IMG/VR virus record: IMGVR_UViG_3300049208_000013
Location: 1 to 40,920 of that record
DNA length: 40,920 bases
Reading direction: 5' to 3' (one strand)
Source: a virus
Lineage: Duplodnaviria; Caudoviricetes
Shown: positions 26,505 to 36,350 of the stretch, piece after piece
How positions within the stretch are numbered: the stretch's first letter is position 1
How the letters are laid out: each line of letters begins with the position of its first letter
Made by a program: the position numbers and the translations under genes
Notes under the pieces: generated by a model
What the model was told of the DNA's origin: nothing
The model's database searches: none
The model's input: the letters and a program-made list of their open reading frames with translations, nothing else

Positions 26505-26684
26505 ATGGCAAATGATAAAAACATAGTCGAAGATAAAACAGCCGAGCAAGTGGAAACACAAACTTTTAAAGTTATTGCTGAAAACGGGTTTACTTACGAC
26601 AAGAAGTACAAAAAAGGGCAAAGTATTGAATTGTCCGACAAAAAGACAATCAAAAATTTATTAACTAATAAATTGATAAAATAA
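26505..26684 (+). CDS. Small hypothetical structural-region protein, 59 aa (not in ORF track)
   Basis: KKYKKGQSIEL...LLTNKLIK; TAATG overlap. Confidence 0.65.
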   Translation: MANDKNIVEDKTAEQVETQTFKVIAENGFTYDKKYKKGQSIELSDKKTIKNLLTNKLIK

Positions 26685-27592
26685 TGGCATTACCTACAGG
26701 ATTTAATTTAGTAAATTGTGGCGCAGGCGGTGTTTATGGAACAGGATTGGCAGGTTGCCGAACTGACCGTAAAAGAATCGTAGCACTTGCAATGCTACAG
26801 AAAGGAACTTTGATTCCTGCTGTATGGGATAAAGACGCATTTCTTGACTTGGTATTGTCTGGAAAACTTATTTATCTAAAAGGAGTAACAACTTTCACGG
26901 ATAACACGCCGGAGGACAATATTGATACGGCTGAGGGTAGCGGTTACAAATCAGTAATTGCAAAAATGCCTTATGAGTATGCTGTTACGTTCAATAACGG
27001 TTATAACTTCCAAAAAGCCGTAACATCGTTATCGGGGTACGGAAACTACGATTTAATGTTAGTTGACGTTGACAATCAATGGTGGATGACTGAAACGCTT
27101 TCAGGTGACGCAAAAGGTTACGCATTAACAATGCATGAAGGAGGTAATTACAAAGGACAAGGACAGGAAAAAGCGTCTGAAACATTGTTTTTACAACTTG
27201 CAAAACGCGAAGAAGTTGATAGCAGAATGGGTTTTGTTAAACCAAGTGATTTCGACTACGATGATGTAGATGGAGTAAATGAGGTTACAATTACTATTGA
27301 TCCTGTTACAGCCGGCACAACAGTAACTTTTTCAGCTTATTTAGGCGATAATTCACACGCTGTATTAGGTTTAACGGCTGCTGATTTGCTTTATACTAAA
27401 AATGGGGTTGCTGCGGTTCCTTCAGGAATCGTTTACAGCGGAAATAAAGCGACATTGACGGTTGCAACTACAGTTGCGGGTGACATCATTACATTAGGAT
27501 TTAAAAATGCTACTTACGCATCAAGCGGAATTTACCAGGACGCTAACGGTATTAGTTATCGTGCATCAACTGAGACCGCAGTTGTATCGTAA
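26684..27592 (+). CDS. Major tail tube protein with C-terminal Ig-like domain
   Basis: Position, size, following terminator, Thr/Val/Ala-rich beta C-terminus. Confidence 0.7.
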   Translation: MALPTGFNLVNCGAGGVYGTGLAGCRTDRKRIVALAMLQKGTLIPAVWDKDAFLDLVLSGKLIYLKGVTTFTDNTPEDNIDTAEGSGYKSVIAKMPYEYAVTFNNGYNFQKAVTSLSGYGNYDLMLVDVDNQWWMTETLSGDAKGYALTMHEGGNYKGQGQEKASETLFLQLAKREEVDSRMGFVKPSDFDYDDVDGVNEVTITIDPVTAGTTVTFSAYLGDNSHAVLGLTAADLLYTKNGVAAVPSGIVYSGNKATLTVATTVAGDIITLGFKNATYASSGIYQDANGISYRASTETAVVS

Positions 27593-27616
27593 TTGATTGA
27601 TTAGAATAAATGTATT

Positions 27617-27648
27617 AAAACCCGTTGCGCTACGTAACGGGTTTTTTT
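27617..27648 (+). terminator. Intrinsic terminator
   Basis: AAAACCCGTTGCG-CTA-CGTAACGGGTTTTTTT. Confidence 0.88.
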
Positions 27649-27649
27649 G

Positions 27650-27657
27650 TACTTTTG
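27650..27657 (+). promoter_or_regulatory. Promoter -7 element
   Basis: TACTTTTG ends 4 nt before ATG 27662. Confidence 0.5.
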
Positions 27658-27661
27658 ACTT

Positions 27662-28102
27662 ATGACAACGATTAGGGATTATTTAAACAAAGCTAAATTT
27701 GTCCGAGACAATATTGTTAAGGAAACTGAACGTATTGTTTACGATAATGAAGATAAAATAACTAATCTAAATAAGAATCAGTTTACTGACGGTTACGGAA
27801 GTGATGATAAGGATTTATTTAATTTACGCCCTGAGTATGACGGAATTTATTCTCCTGGTTCTAAAAAGCAAGGGTTGTATAATTTTTATGAAACAGGATT
27901 ATTTATAAGAGGCTTGTTTGTTGAATTTAACGCAAGTAAATTAACCATTACAATCGATAGCTCAGGTAAAGGGACAGGCGAAAAATCATTATTTATTACA
28001 AGCTATACGAACCTGTTTGGATTAGACACAATTAATTCAAGAATACTAAATAATCAAATAATTGCACCGGAACTGAAATTATTTATATCAAAATACTTAT
28101 GA
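27662..28102 (+). CDS. Putative tail/neck morphogenesis protein
   Basis: YETG.F and LFGL motifs; tail region. Confidence 0.55.
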   Translation: MTTIRDYLNKAKFVRDNIVKETERIVYDNEDKITNLNKNQFTDGYGSDDKDLFNLRPEYDGIYSPGSKKQGLYNFYETGLFIRGLFVEFNASKLTITIDSSGKGTGEKSLFITSYTNLFGLDTINSRILNNQIIAPELKLFISKYL

Positions 28103-28728
28103 AAAAAACAACTAATGTAATTCAGTATTACTATAATTTAGAAATATTACCACTTTATAATTGGGATAGGTATTTGGCTACTCACGATAATAACTGGCTT
28201 ATTATGGGTTATGATGGTAGGCAGTCAAAAATAGAAAATGAATATTTATCGAAGCTTGAAGGTGAATTACAGGATGAATATATTTTACTTATTGATGACC
28301 ATAATTTTAGAGGCAAAATATCTAAATGGGCGCGTATAAATAATATTCGTACTAAATACATTACATGTACTGAGATAATAAATAGAATGAAGATTGGTTT
28401 TGCTAACCATCAAATGCCACATAGATTTGCATTTATTAAAATTCTTGAAGGATTCGGATATAAAATGCCAGAAGTAAATACTGTCGGAGGTGATGCTGAA
28501 AATTTAATAAGAATAGAAAATGCTCTGCAACAATTATTAACACAAATAGGGGTTTTGGAACTAGAGTTAAAAGATGAAGCGATAAAAGAAAAAAGAAGTC
28601 TTGAAAAACAATTGTTCATGATGCAGATCGGTTTGGATTTTAAATACAAGCTAAATGCAAAGGAAATAACAGTTAAGGAATGGATAGAATTAGGCGAAAT
28701 GCTTAGCGAAAAATCTAAAAGAAACTAA
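28099..28728 (+). CDS. Putative tail assembly chaperone
   Basis: Immediately upstream of the tape measure gene; helical; ITVKEW near the C-terminus. Confidence 0.5.
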   Translation: MKKTTNVIQYYYNLEILPLYNWDRYLATHDNNWLIMGYDGRQSKIENEYLSKLEGELQDEYILLIDDHNFRGKISKWARINNIRTKYITCTEIINRMKIGFANHQMPHRFAFIKILEGFGYKMPEVNTVGGDAENLIRIENALQQLLTQIGVLELELKDEAIKEKRSLEKQLFMMQIGLDFKYKLNAKEITVKEWIELGEMLSEKSKRN

Positions 28729-28731
28729 GAA

Positions 28732-31536
28732 ATGTCAAACGAAATAAATACTATTGTTACTGAAAAAGCATTAGCAGAATTAGAAAGATTAATTAAAAAT
28801 CTTGATGTTGCTGACCGTTTGTTAATTAAAGCTGCTAATGACGCTTTATTGCTTAGTCAAAATGTTTCAAAAGTAACTACTCCAAGTGGATTGTCAGGAA
28901 ATTCTGTGAATAACAATAATGCATCGGCAAATGTAAAGCAAGAAGCAGAATGGACAAAAAAACTGGCTAATGAAATAAACAATCTCGATAATGCAAGAAA
29001 GAAACTTAATAAAACTAGAAATGATGGTGTAAAAGCAACCATTCAAGAGCGAACTGATGCGCAACTATTTTTGCAAAACGAAAGATTGAAAGCTAAAGCG
29101 ATATCTGACGAAGCCGACGCCTATCAAAAACTATCCTATCAACTAGCTATAGCACAGAAACAAGCGCAAAACATTGGAGCGATATGGGGAGCAGATTCCG
29201 TGCAGTTTAAAAAGGCTTCTGACGGAGTTAGAAAACTTGATGATGAAATTAAAAAGATTGATTCAGGGATAGGAAAGCATACAAGGAATGTAGGTAATTA
29301 TGCAGGCGGATGGAATGGTTTAGGAAATTCAATAAACCAGATTACCCGTGAAGCTCCTGCTGCTGCTGTTTCAATGAATACTTTTTTCTTAGCAATATCA
29401 AACAATTTACCCGCTTTTTTTGATGCTATTTCAGCTATTAATGCAGAAAATAAAAGATTAGCTGCTGATGGTCAAAAAACAACATCTATATGGAAACAGT
29501 TAGCGGGTTCGGTATTTAGTTTTCAAACATTGTTGTCTGTTGGAGTTACCTTACTTACTTTGTACGGTGGAAAACTAATAGAAATGGCTTTTGGTCTTGG
29601 GAATGTGGAGGCTCAGTTAAAAAAAGTAGAAGCGCAACAAAACAGATACAATAAACAGCTAGAAGACGCTAATAGGAATATAGAGCATAATCTTACTTTA
29701 GAAAAAAATAGAAGAATATTAGCAGGACAAACCGAAAGGGATTTAATCGGGCTAGACAAAGAAGCGGCATTACAAAAGCTTAAAAACTTTGAAACAACCA
29801 GAGATGCTAATAAGAAATTATTGGACAATGAGATTAAAAGAATTTCAGATAAAAAAGGATTAGGTATAATTGAATTTCAAGAAGAAATAAATATACGTGA
29901 AAAATTAGCATCGGAGAAATTAAGACTAGAAACTAAATTAGGTAAAGACTTAGTAAAAAACACTTATCTAGCAAGGACAGAACAGGAAAAGGCAGATGTA
30001 GAGTTATTAGCGAAAACTAACAACAAATTGCTTGTATTAGAAACTTTAAATCAGGACGAAATTTATGTAAAAAGACGTGATGGATATATCAAAGCTAATA
30101 ACGAGGCCGTTTTATACGGTCAACAAGTGTCTGCTTTAATTTCTGATTTAGCAATTACACAACAGGAAGCAGAAGACGAAAGATTAGCTAATATCGCTGA
30201 AATGAATAAATCAGAAATTGAATTGGCAATTGCTAAAAATTCGGTAATATTAGATAATGACGATAATTATTTTAGAGATAGGATAGAGTCTTTAAACACT
30301 GATTACGCACTTAGACAAAGGCTAGCAGAACTAGAACGTGACGAACAGTTAAGGTTAGCAAAAAACAGTTTCGAAAAACAAACTACAGCAAATAACAATT
30401 TTAAAAAACAAAATGTAGAGTTAGAAAAGGCTTATTTAAAACAAATGGACGATTTGTTAAAATTACAGCTTCGTCCTGTGACAGAATTACTGAATACTGA
30501 TTTTAGAAAAGATTTATTAAAGCCTGTAATTGATTCAGCAAAGGCAGCCGGTAAAGAATTAGACGAAGTAGGTAAAAAAGCAGCTAGAGCTGAAGCAGCA
30601 TTATTGAAATTACAAGCTACAACAAAATCTTGGTTAAAATCATTTACCACTGATGTATTTAGTAGCTCCGGATTAGGTAGTTTAGAAACTTTTTTTGATG
30701 ATACATTTAAAAACTTATTAAAAGGAGCAGAAGGATCAAAGGAAAGATTTGCTGTGTATTTTAATGCAATTGCCGAATCAGCACAAGAAGCATTTAATTT
30801 TATATCTCAAATAAGCACACAAAATTTTGATAGCGAAAAAACACGTTTAGAAGATCAATATAACGTAGCCTTAAGATATGCAGGAGACAATAAAGAAGCA
30901 CAGGAGAAATTATCACAAGAGCTAGAAAAAAGCAAAAAAGATATTGCTAATCGTGAAGCAAAAGCAAAACAAAAACAAGCTATATTCAATATTGCAATTG
31001 ATACCGCTCAAGGGGTTGTTTCTGCCTTAGCTTCTACACCGCCAAACATTGTATTATCGGCTATTATTGCTGGAATTGGACTTGCTCAAATTGCTGTTGT
31101 TTCAAGTCAACAAGTACCTCAATATTGGATGGGTGGAGAACATGACGGAGGAAAAATGATGATTAATGACGGTGCAGGTTCTAATTGGAAAGAAACATTT
31201 GTAACTCCTGACGGTAAAGCACACCAAGCAACAAGCAAAAACGCTATTGTTGACGCTCCAAAAGGAACTAAAATTTATACTCACGATCAATGGATCGATT
31301 ATCAAAGAGAAGTTTCGTTAAACAATATGCTGAGTTCAAACAATATTGATAGATACGTGCCTGTTAGTCAGCAAAAGGGAATGACAAAAGATGATTTTTA
31401 TGAGGTAATGGGTAATACTTTAGGTAGACAAACAATTGAAAGAAGCAATTTAGATGCTAACGGATTTTCTAAATACACTATCAAAAAAGGTAATTCAATC
31501 ACGAGACGTATCAACCGTGCAAACGGAAAAGCATAA
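28732..31536 (+). CDS. Tape measure protein
   Basis: 934 aa, coiled-coil, RNVGNY motif, hydrophobic segments, AIDTAQGV and C-terminal VPQYWMGG. Confidence 0.92.
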   Translation: MSNEINTIVTEKALAELERLIKNLDVADRLLIKAANDALLLSQNVSKVTTPSGLSGNSVNNNNASANVKQEAEWTKKLANEINNLDNARKKLNKTRNDGVKATIQERTDAQLFLQNERLKAKAISDEADAYQKLSYQLAIAQKQAQNIGAIWGADSVQFKKASDGVRKLDDEIKKIDSGIGKHTRNVGNYAGGWNGLGNSINQITREAPAAAVSMNTFFLAISNNLPAFFDAISAINAENKRLAADGQKTTSIWKQLAGSVFSFQTLLSVGVTLLTLYGGKLIEMAFGLGNVEAQLKKVEAQQNRYNKQLEDANRNIEHNLTLEKNRRILAGQTERDLIGLDKEAALQKLKNFETTRDANKKLLDNEIKRISDKKGLGIIEFQEEINIREKLASEKLRLETKLGKDLVKNTYLARTEQEKADVELLAKTNNKLLVLETLNQDEIYVKRRDGYIKANNEAVLYGQQVSALISDLAITQQEAEDERLANIAEMNKSEIELAIAKNSVILDNDDNYFRDRIESLNTDYALRQRLAELERDEQLRLAKNSFEKQTTANNNFKKQNVELEKAYLKQMDDLLKLQLRPVTELLNTDFRKDLLKPVIDSAKAAGKELDEVGKKAARAEAALLKLQATTKSWLKSFTTDVFSSSGLGSLETFFDDTFKNLLKGAEGSKERFAVYFNAIAESAQEAFNFISQISTQNFDSEKTRLEDQYNVALRYAGDNKEAQEKLSQELEKSKKDIANREAKAKQKQAIFNIAIDTAQGVVSALASTPPNIVLSAIIAGIGLAQIAVVSSQQVPQYWMGGEHDGGKMMINDGAGSNWKETFVTPDGKAHQATSKNAIVDAPKGTKIYTHDQWIDYQREVSLNNMLSSNNIDRYVPVSQQKGMTKDDFYEVMGNTLGRQTIERSNLDANGFSKYTIKKGNSITRRINRANGKA

Positions 31537-31539
31537 GAC

Positions 31540-34083
31540 ATGGCAAAAGAAAAGTTTTTTTTTATATTCGGTGAGAATCCAAATCAGCGCGTTTTTATTG
31601 ATGAACCCGTAGGATATACAGGAGCTCCATTTATTCTGCAACGTCAGGATGATGGAATGGGTTTAGACGTTAGTTTAAATGGTGATGAAAATAGTTTTAC
31701 GCTTACCGACCAACGCGATCACCAATTACCGGAAATGGTTTATTATCGTGATAGATATGGGTTTGAAGCAAATGTTTTGTTTGGGATTATATTTGAAGAT
31801 GGCACTGAGCTAATAAACCAGGTAGATTTCCAAACATCTAAAACGGATGATTACAGTTACTTTGAATTTTCATGTATTACGGTAAGTAGCGAACAGGTGT
31901 TTAAAAGACAAATGAAAACTAAAGTTGACATGTTTTCATCTTTGGGCATTAATGGCGAGTTTATAGAGCCATTGGCGCCTATAAATATGTTGTTACAGGC
32001 GAAGCCTAGTATACAGACAAGTAAATGGGAGCAAATTACACCCACTATATCTTATGGGGTTTTGGGGCCAGGGACTTTTTTTAATATCACACAAGGACTA
32101 ATACAATTTGATATAAAAAATAGTTTTGTACCATTTTTAAACAGTAGCCAAACAAGGTCAGATATGCAAATAATTGAGGCTGACACGAATCTTAAAAACG
32201 TTGTTATTCACCTCGATAATATTGATATTGATTTTGGAGCAGTTGGTTTAAATTCAACTACAATAGCCTTAAGATATTTTAAAGAAACACCTTCTGGCAA
32301 CACGTCATATTTAATACACCAACAAGAGACCATAAACTTAGTTTCTAATTTATCGGGGGCTTTTACAGCAGAAGTAGGAGATATGCAGAGAGGTGATAAA
32401 TTATATTTATATTTATTTGCGGATTCAAATACTGTTCCTTTTGTTAATGTAAAAAAAATAAATACAACAATAACATCAACATCAACCGCTTACAATTCAA
32501 TTACGCCATGCTTTAGGTTAATTGATGTAATGAAGCAAATTGCAAAATCAACCGCAGGCTTAGAAGTTACAGCTCCACGTTATAATGTTGGTGGCGAATT
32601 TTACGATACAGTTCTAACCAACGGTAAAATGTTAGGTGGTAATATTACGGATCCGTTTTATATTTCATGGGAGGACTTAATAGAATCGGTAAAAGGAGAA
32701 GGACACGGAGGATTTGAAATTAGTTTAGACGGTAAAGTTTTTGTGGGAATTGAAGATGATTTTTATACAAATGTAGAATGCGGTGTTTTTGAAGATATTC
32801 AATTTGATAGTTTGGTAAAGGATACCGATCCTAAAATGGCCTTGAATACGTTTAAACTAAACTTTTCAAATTATCAATCATTAAAAGAAAATACTGAGCC
32901 AAATTCCGGAAGCACGATTCATGGCGAAACTATTTTAACGTTGCCTAATACGGAAGTTGAAGGCACATTGGAAGTAAAAATACCTTGGATTCGTGATGCA
33001 ATATTATTGGATGTACAACAACGATTATCAACTGTTGTAAGCAAAGATACGGCCACTCAGGATGATGATAAGATTTTTGCAATAGATACGATAGAAACAG
33101 AAAATGACCAACAATTTACGGAATCAACCGAGTTGCAACATACTGATAACGGCGGATTTTTATCCTTAAAAAGTGACGGAAGTGTTAATTTTTTGGTATT
33201 GGGAATAAAAACAGGAACTACTTTTCAAATATTATACCCAGATCCAAATGCTGGAAGTTACATGGTTTCGGCTGTGTTTAACACTGAGTTACAATTATTT
33301 GGTGGCTCATACGCTCCGGCAAATAACGGTGTCAGGTTAACGAAATACACTTATGAAATTAAAGTTGATACAATTCCTTTAACCAATAGAACAAACGAAG
33401 GTTTTGTATCGGTAGAAAATCTAATTTCACCGGATAAATACAGTAATTTGCGTTATTCAGTGGAAAGAATCATTCGTAAACGATGGGAAAAGTTTTTAGC
33501 TGGGTGTGTGTTGTGGAAAGATGGTAAAAAAATAATCAATACGTATTATAAAAATAACGGTGCCTGTATCACGAATTACGACGGTTTGATTATTCAGGAA
33601 AAAGAAAACTTTACGCCTGCTGTTGACCCTATTTACACATCGAATTGGTATGAAGGAATTACTTTTGCAAATGTAGATTTTGAGGAATTTGTGGCTTTGT
33701 GTAATAAATTAAGAAGGTATCACGGCTATATTACAATGAAGGATATTAATAGACGTGTTCTTCAGATTTACCCTGAGAAACTAAGCTATCAAAACGATAC
33801 CAGAGCAATTGTAATTGATGGTAATGAAAAGTTTATAAAAGCCTATATGACTATTACTAATGAGGGAGGAAACATTGTTGTAAATGATGAAACAATTGTA
33901 ACGGTTTTAAAATGGGATATGATTGATAGAAAGGTTGAGTTATTCGATTTGGAACGACAAAGATTATATCAGGGAGTCTTCTTTTACAAAGTTTCAATTA
34001 ACGGATCAGTTACAAAAGTATTATCTGAATTTATCGACAGAATGAATTTAATAGGCGAAAAGTTTGATAGTACAAAATTTTAG
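31540..34083 (+). CDS. Tail tip/hub structural protein
   Basis: 847-aa beta-rich protein directly after the tape measure. Confidence 0.65.
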   Translation: MAKEKFFFIFGENPNQRVFIDEPVGYTGAPFILQRQDDGMGLDVSLNGDENSFTLTDQRDHQLPEMVYYRDRYGFEANVLFGIIFEDGTELINQVDFQTSKTDDYSYFEFSCITVSSEQVFKRQMKTKVDMFSSLGINGEFIEPLAPINMLLQAKPSIQTSKWEQITPTISYGVLGPGTFFNITQGLIQFDIKNSFVPFLNSSQTRSDMQIIEADTNLKNVVIHLDNIDIDFGAVGLNSTTIALRYFKETPSGNTSYLIHQQETINLVSNLSGAFTAEVGDMQRGDKLYLYLFADSNTVPFVNVKKINTTITSTSTAYNSITPCFRLIDVMKQIAKSTAGLEVTAPRYNVGGEFYDTVLTNGKMLGGNITDPFYISWEDLIESVKGEGHGGFEISLDGKVFVGIEDDFYTNVECGVFEDIQFDSLVKDTDPKMALNTFKLNFSNYQSLKENTEPNSGSTIHGETILTLPNTEVEGTLEVKIPWIRDAILLDVQQRLSTVVSKDTATQDDDKIFAIDTIETENDQQFTESTELQHTDNGGFLSLKSDGSVNFLVLGIKTGTTFQILYPDPNAGSYMVSAVFNTELQLFGGSYAPANNGVRLTKYTYEIKVDTIPLTNRTNEGFVSVENLISPDKYSNLRYSVERIIRKRWEKFLAGCVLWKDGKKIINTYYKNNGACITNYDGLIIQEKENFTPAVDPIYTSNWYEGITFANVDFEEFVALCNKLRRYHGYITMKDINRRVLQIYPEKLSYQNDTRAIVIDGNEKFIKAYMTITNEGGNIVVNDETIVTVLKWDMIDRKVELFDLERQRLYQGVFFYKVSINGSVTKVLSEFIDRMNLIGEKFDSTKF

Positions 34084-34160
34084 TTGTAATATTGCTATTC
34101 GCTACAACTAAAAACATAAATAAAACGTCATTCTTTGTAGCGAGGGGTGGCGTTTTTATT
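34078..34160 (+). promoter_or_regulatory. Promoter-like element and structured leader of the moron
   Basis: TAATATTG 34087-34094; TCGCTACAA (34099-34107) complementary to TTGTAGCGA (34135-34143) at the top of terminator-like hairpin 34122-34156. Confidence 0.6.
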
Positions 34161-34174
34161 TTATACTTATTATT

Positions 34175-34426
34175 ATGGATTTAAACGAATTTATGGATAC
34201 AAAATATCCTAAACATTATGCAGAAACTTTGATTCAAGGAGATAGAATTAAAGCTACTATTCGTCATAGAACAGACGGAAATAAAAATATTATCGATGCT
34301 GATATGATTTTTATTAGATGCAACAACGACAAAACTATTACCGCATATTATGAGGGTGATGGTAATATTATTCAAAAGGGCGAGTATATGATTGAAATTC
34401 CGTTTAATGAAATAAAACAACCATGA
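34175..34426 (+). CDS. Moron ORF1, hypothetical
   Basis: First ORF after the leader. Confidence 0.7.
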   Translation: MDLNEFMDTKYPKHYAETLIQGDRIKATIRHRTDGNKNIIDADMIFIRCNNDKTITAYYEGDGNIIQKGEYMIEIPFNEIKQP

Positions 34427-34629
34427 AAACATCTACTAATACCGTAACTACAACCGAAGTAAAAATACAACAGGATGAGTTTTTTCAAATAATAAAGGAT
34501 TATTTAGAATCTAAAGGTGTTGAGAATACGGATAAGCATGTTGTAATAGATGTTGATAAAGAAGTGATAAACGGATATGATGAAATATTATTAAACATAA
34601 CCATAAAAACTTATTCAAATGAAAAATAA
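34423..34629 (+). CDS. Moron ORF2, hypothetical
   Basis: ATGA overlap. Confidence 0.7.
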   Translation: MKTSTNTVTTTEVKIQQDEFFQIIKDYLESKGVENTDKHVVIDVDKEVINGYDEILLNITIKTYSNEK

Positions 34630-34918
34630 AATCGCATCCATGAACACGGATAAATTAGGATTAAGCGAAGAAAAAGCAAATGAATACGTTAATTCGCTTG
34701 TGCCCAAAGATAACGATGTTGTAAGTATTGCCAAACAACAAGTTAATGAAATGTATGAAAAATATAATATCCCAATAGACGAAAGAGAGATAAAAAGTTG
34801 TTCATATAAAAACAAGGCTAGATATGATCCATTCGTAGTGTTCATTTGGAGTTTAATTACTATAGGAACAATACTTTGGACATGGGGATTAATTCACTTA
34901 ATACAAAAAGCGTTATGA
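34619..34918 (+). CDS. Moron ORF3, C-terminal TM protein
   Basis: PFVVFIWSLITIGTILWTWGLI. Confidence 0.7.
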   Translation: MKNKIASMNTDKLGLSEEKANEYVNSLVPKDNDVVSIAKQQVNEMYEKYNIPIDEREIKSCSYKNKARYDPFVVFIWSLITIGTILWTWGLIHLIQKAL

Positions 34919-35442
34919 AAAAAGAATGTACATGCAAAAAGTTAATTAAAGATGATAAAATAACATTGATTCACGAATGTGATAGATGTTATAAAAAGAA
35001 AGTAAAATGCTTAAAATTAGGTATTGAATTAGCTAAATTGATGTTAGGTATTGATAATAAAAATAAAGCACGTATTCCCGATTATGCTAAAGGAAGCAAG
35101 ATTAAACCAGAAATGGTGCCTGATTCGAATAACGATGTTTATACTCATGATTGCATAAAAAACATGTTTAATAATTACAATCAGAATAAACCAGATTTCC
35201 ACAAACAAATGTTAGAAGCCGATAAAGAGTTGCAACGGGTTTTTAGTAATGTAAAAACGCAAACAAAAGAAGTTTATCAGGAATGGACAGAAGATGAAAA
35301 CGAAAAAACAGGGTGGTCTGGATCAGGATGGATATTTAAAGATGATGATGAATTTATGGAAGAGAATAAATGGACAATCATAGAGCATCTAGACTCTGAT
35401 AAGTATTATAATCCAATTTTAGCAATAGCACAAAGAGATTAA
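34915..35442 (+). CDS. Moron ORF4, CxC/CxxC protein with tape-measure-like motifs (start moved to ATG 34915)
   Basis: ATGA overlap; ECTC...ECDRC; IPDYAKG and VYTHD. Confidence 0.7.
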   Translation: MKKECTCKKLIKDDKITLIHECDRCYKKKVKCLKLGIELAKLMLGIDNKNKARIPDYAKGSKIKPEMVPDSNNDVYTHDCIKNMFNNYNQNKPDFHKQMLEADKELQRVFSNVKTQTKEVYQEWTEDENEKTGWSGSGWIFKDDDEFMEENKWTIIEHLDSDKYYNPILAIAQRD

Positions 35443-35450
35443 ATCATTTT

Positions 35451-35483
35451 AAAACCTACATACTAATTATGTAGGTTTTTTTT
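35451..35483 (+). terminator. Intrinsic terminator closing the moron
   Basis: AAAACCTACATA-CTAAT-TATGTAGGTTTTTTTT; TATCTTTA promoter-like element follows at 35485-35492. Confidence 0.88.
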
Positions 35484-35513
35484 ATATCTTTACGATTCAA
35501 AAGAAACGGTTAA

Positions 35514-36344
35514 ATGGCGTTAACGGCACCTATAATAAATCTATACAAGTCATTGGACGAAGCTATGTATTTCCGTAATTCATGGCTTAACCAGAAATTT
35601 GATTTTTCCGGTGTCCAGCTACTCCCATTAAATCCAAACAAATACATTCAAGTTACCAATACAACAGGCGGTATAAATTTAGAGGATTGGGTTGTAAAAG
35701 TGTTTTCTTTATGCGGAAGTGAATTAGGAGACATTACACCGTCATTCATGGTAGAAAGCCTAACCAATTCTGACAACGGAAACCCACAATTTATTTGGAG
35801 CTTAACAAATATACCTCAGGACTTCGGATGGGGGTTAATTTACCTTCAAATACTACAATCTAGCGGTGAATTATTTTATACGAACCCGTTTAAAATAACG
35901 GCAATTGATGAAGAAAAAACTGCTTTTATTGCTTATAAATACAAAAAAACTGAGCCATTTCAAACTATTCAGTTTACAACTTGGTACAGAGAACAAGGAT
36001 TGCCACAAGAAATAACAGGATATTATCAAGAATCAGCAAAAAGTACGGTTACATCACAAATAAAGTTTGACAGGGTTGAAAAATGGTCAACTGAAAATAT
36101 GAACCGTGATTTACTTATTGAATTAAAATACATTCTTGCGCTACCATACGTTTACATTGATTTCATAAGATCAAATTATTATGAAGCTTCTGATTTAGAA
36201 TGGTCATCTGGTAGGCAAAACTTCGCTTCAATGGATTATTTTTTGGTAAGACATAATAATGATAGGTACGAAGAAAAACAAGAGTCTAACGGAGATTTCG
36301 CAAGTGTGGATTGGCTTACAGATGATTTTTACATTTACACATAA
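35514..36344 (+). CDS. Tail structural protein
   Basis: Resumes the tail module after the moron. Confidence 0.55.
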   Translation: MALTAPIINLYKSLDEAMYFRNSWLNQKFDFSGVQLLPLNPNKYIQVTNTTGGINLEDWVVKVFSLCGSELGDITPSFMVESLTNSDNGNPQFIWSLTNIPQDFGWGLIYLQILQSSGELFYTNPFKITAIDEEKTAFIAYKYKKTEPFQTIQFTTWYREQGLPQEITGYYQESAKSTVTSQIKFDRVEKWSTENMNRDLLIELKYILALPYVYIDFIRSNYYEASDLEWSSGRQNFASMDYFLVRHNNDRYEEKQESNGDFASVDWLTDDFYIYT

Positions 36345-36350
36345 ATAGCT

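Noticed and set aside
27662-28728. Programmed frameshift in the tail assembly chaperone
   Set aside because: The two ORFs are joined by an ordinary ATGA overlap and I could not identify a convincing slippery site with an open downstream frame.
1013-34914. ORF-track starts at 1013, 5843, 6550, 9291, 18097 and 34846
   Set aside because: Downstream ATGs (1022, 5930, 6622, 9357, 18106, 34915) give better coupling and avoid overlapping genes or promoters.
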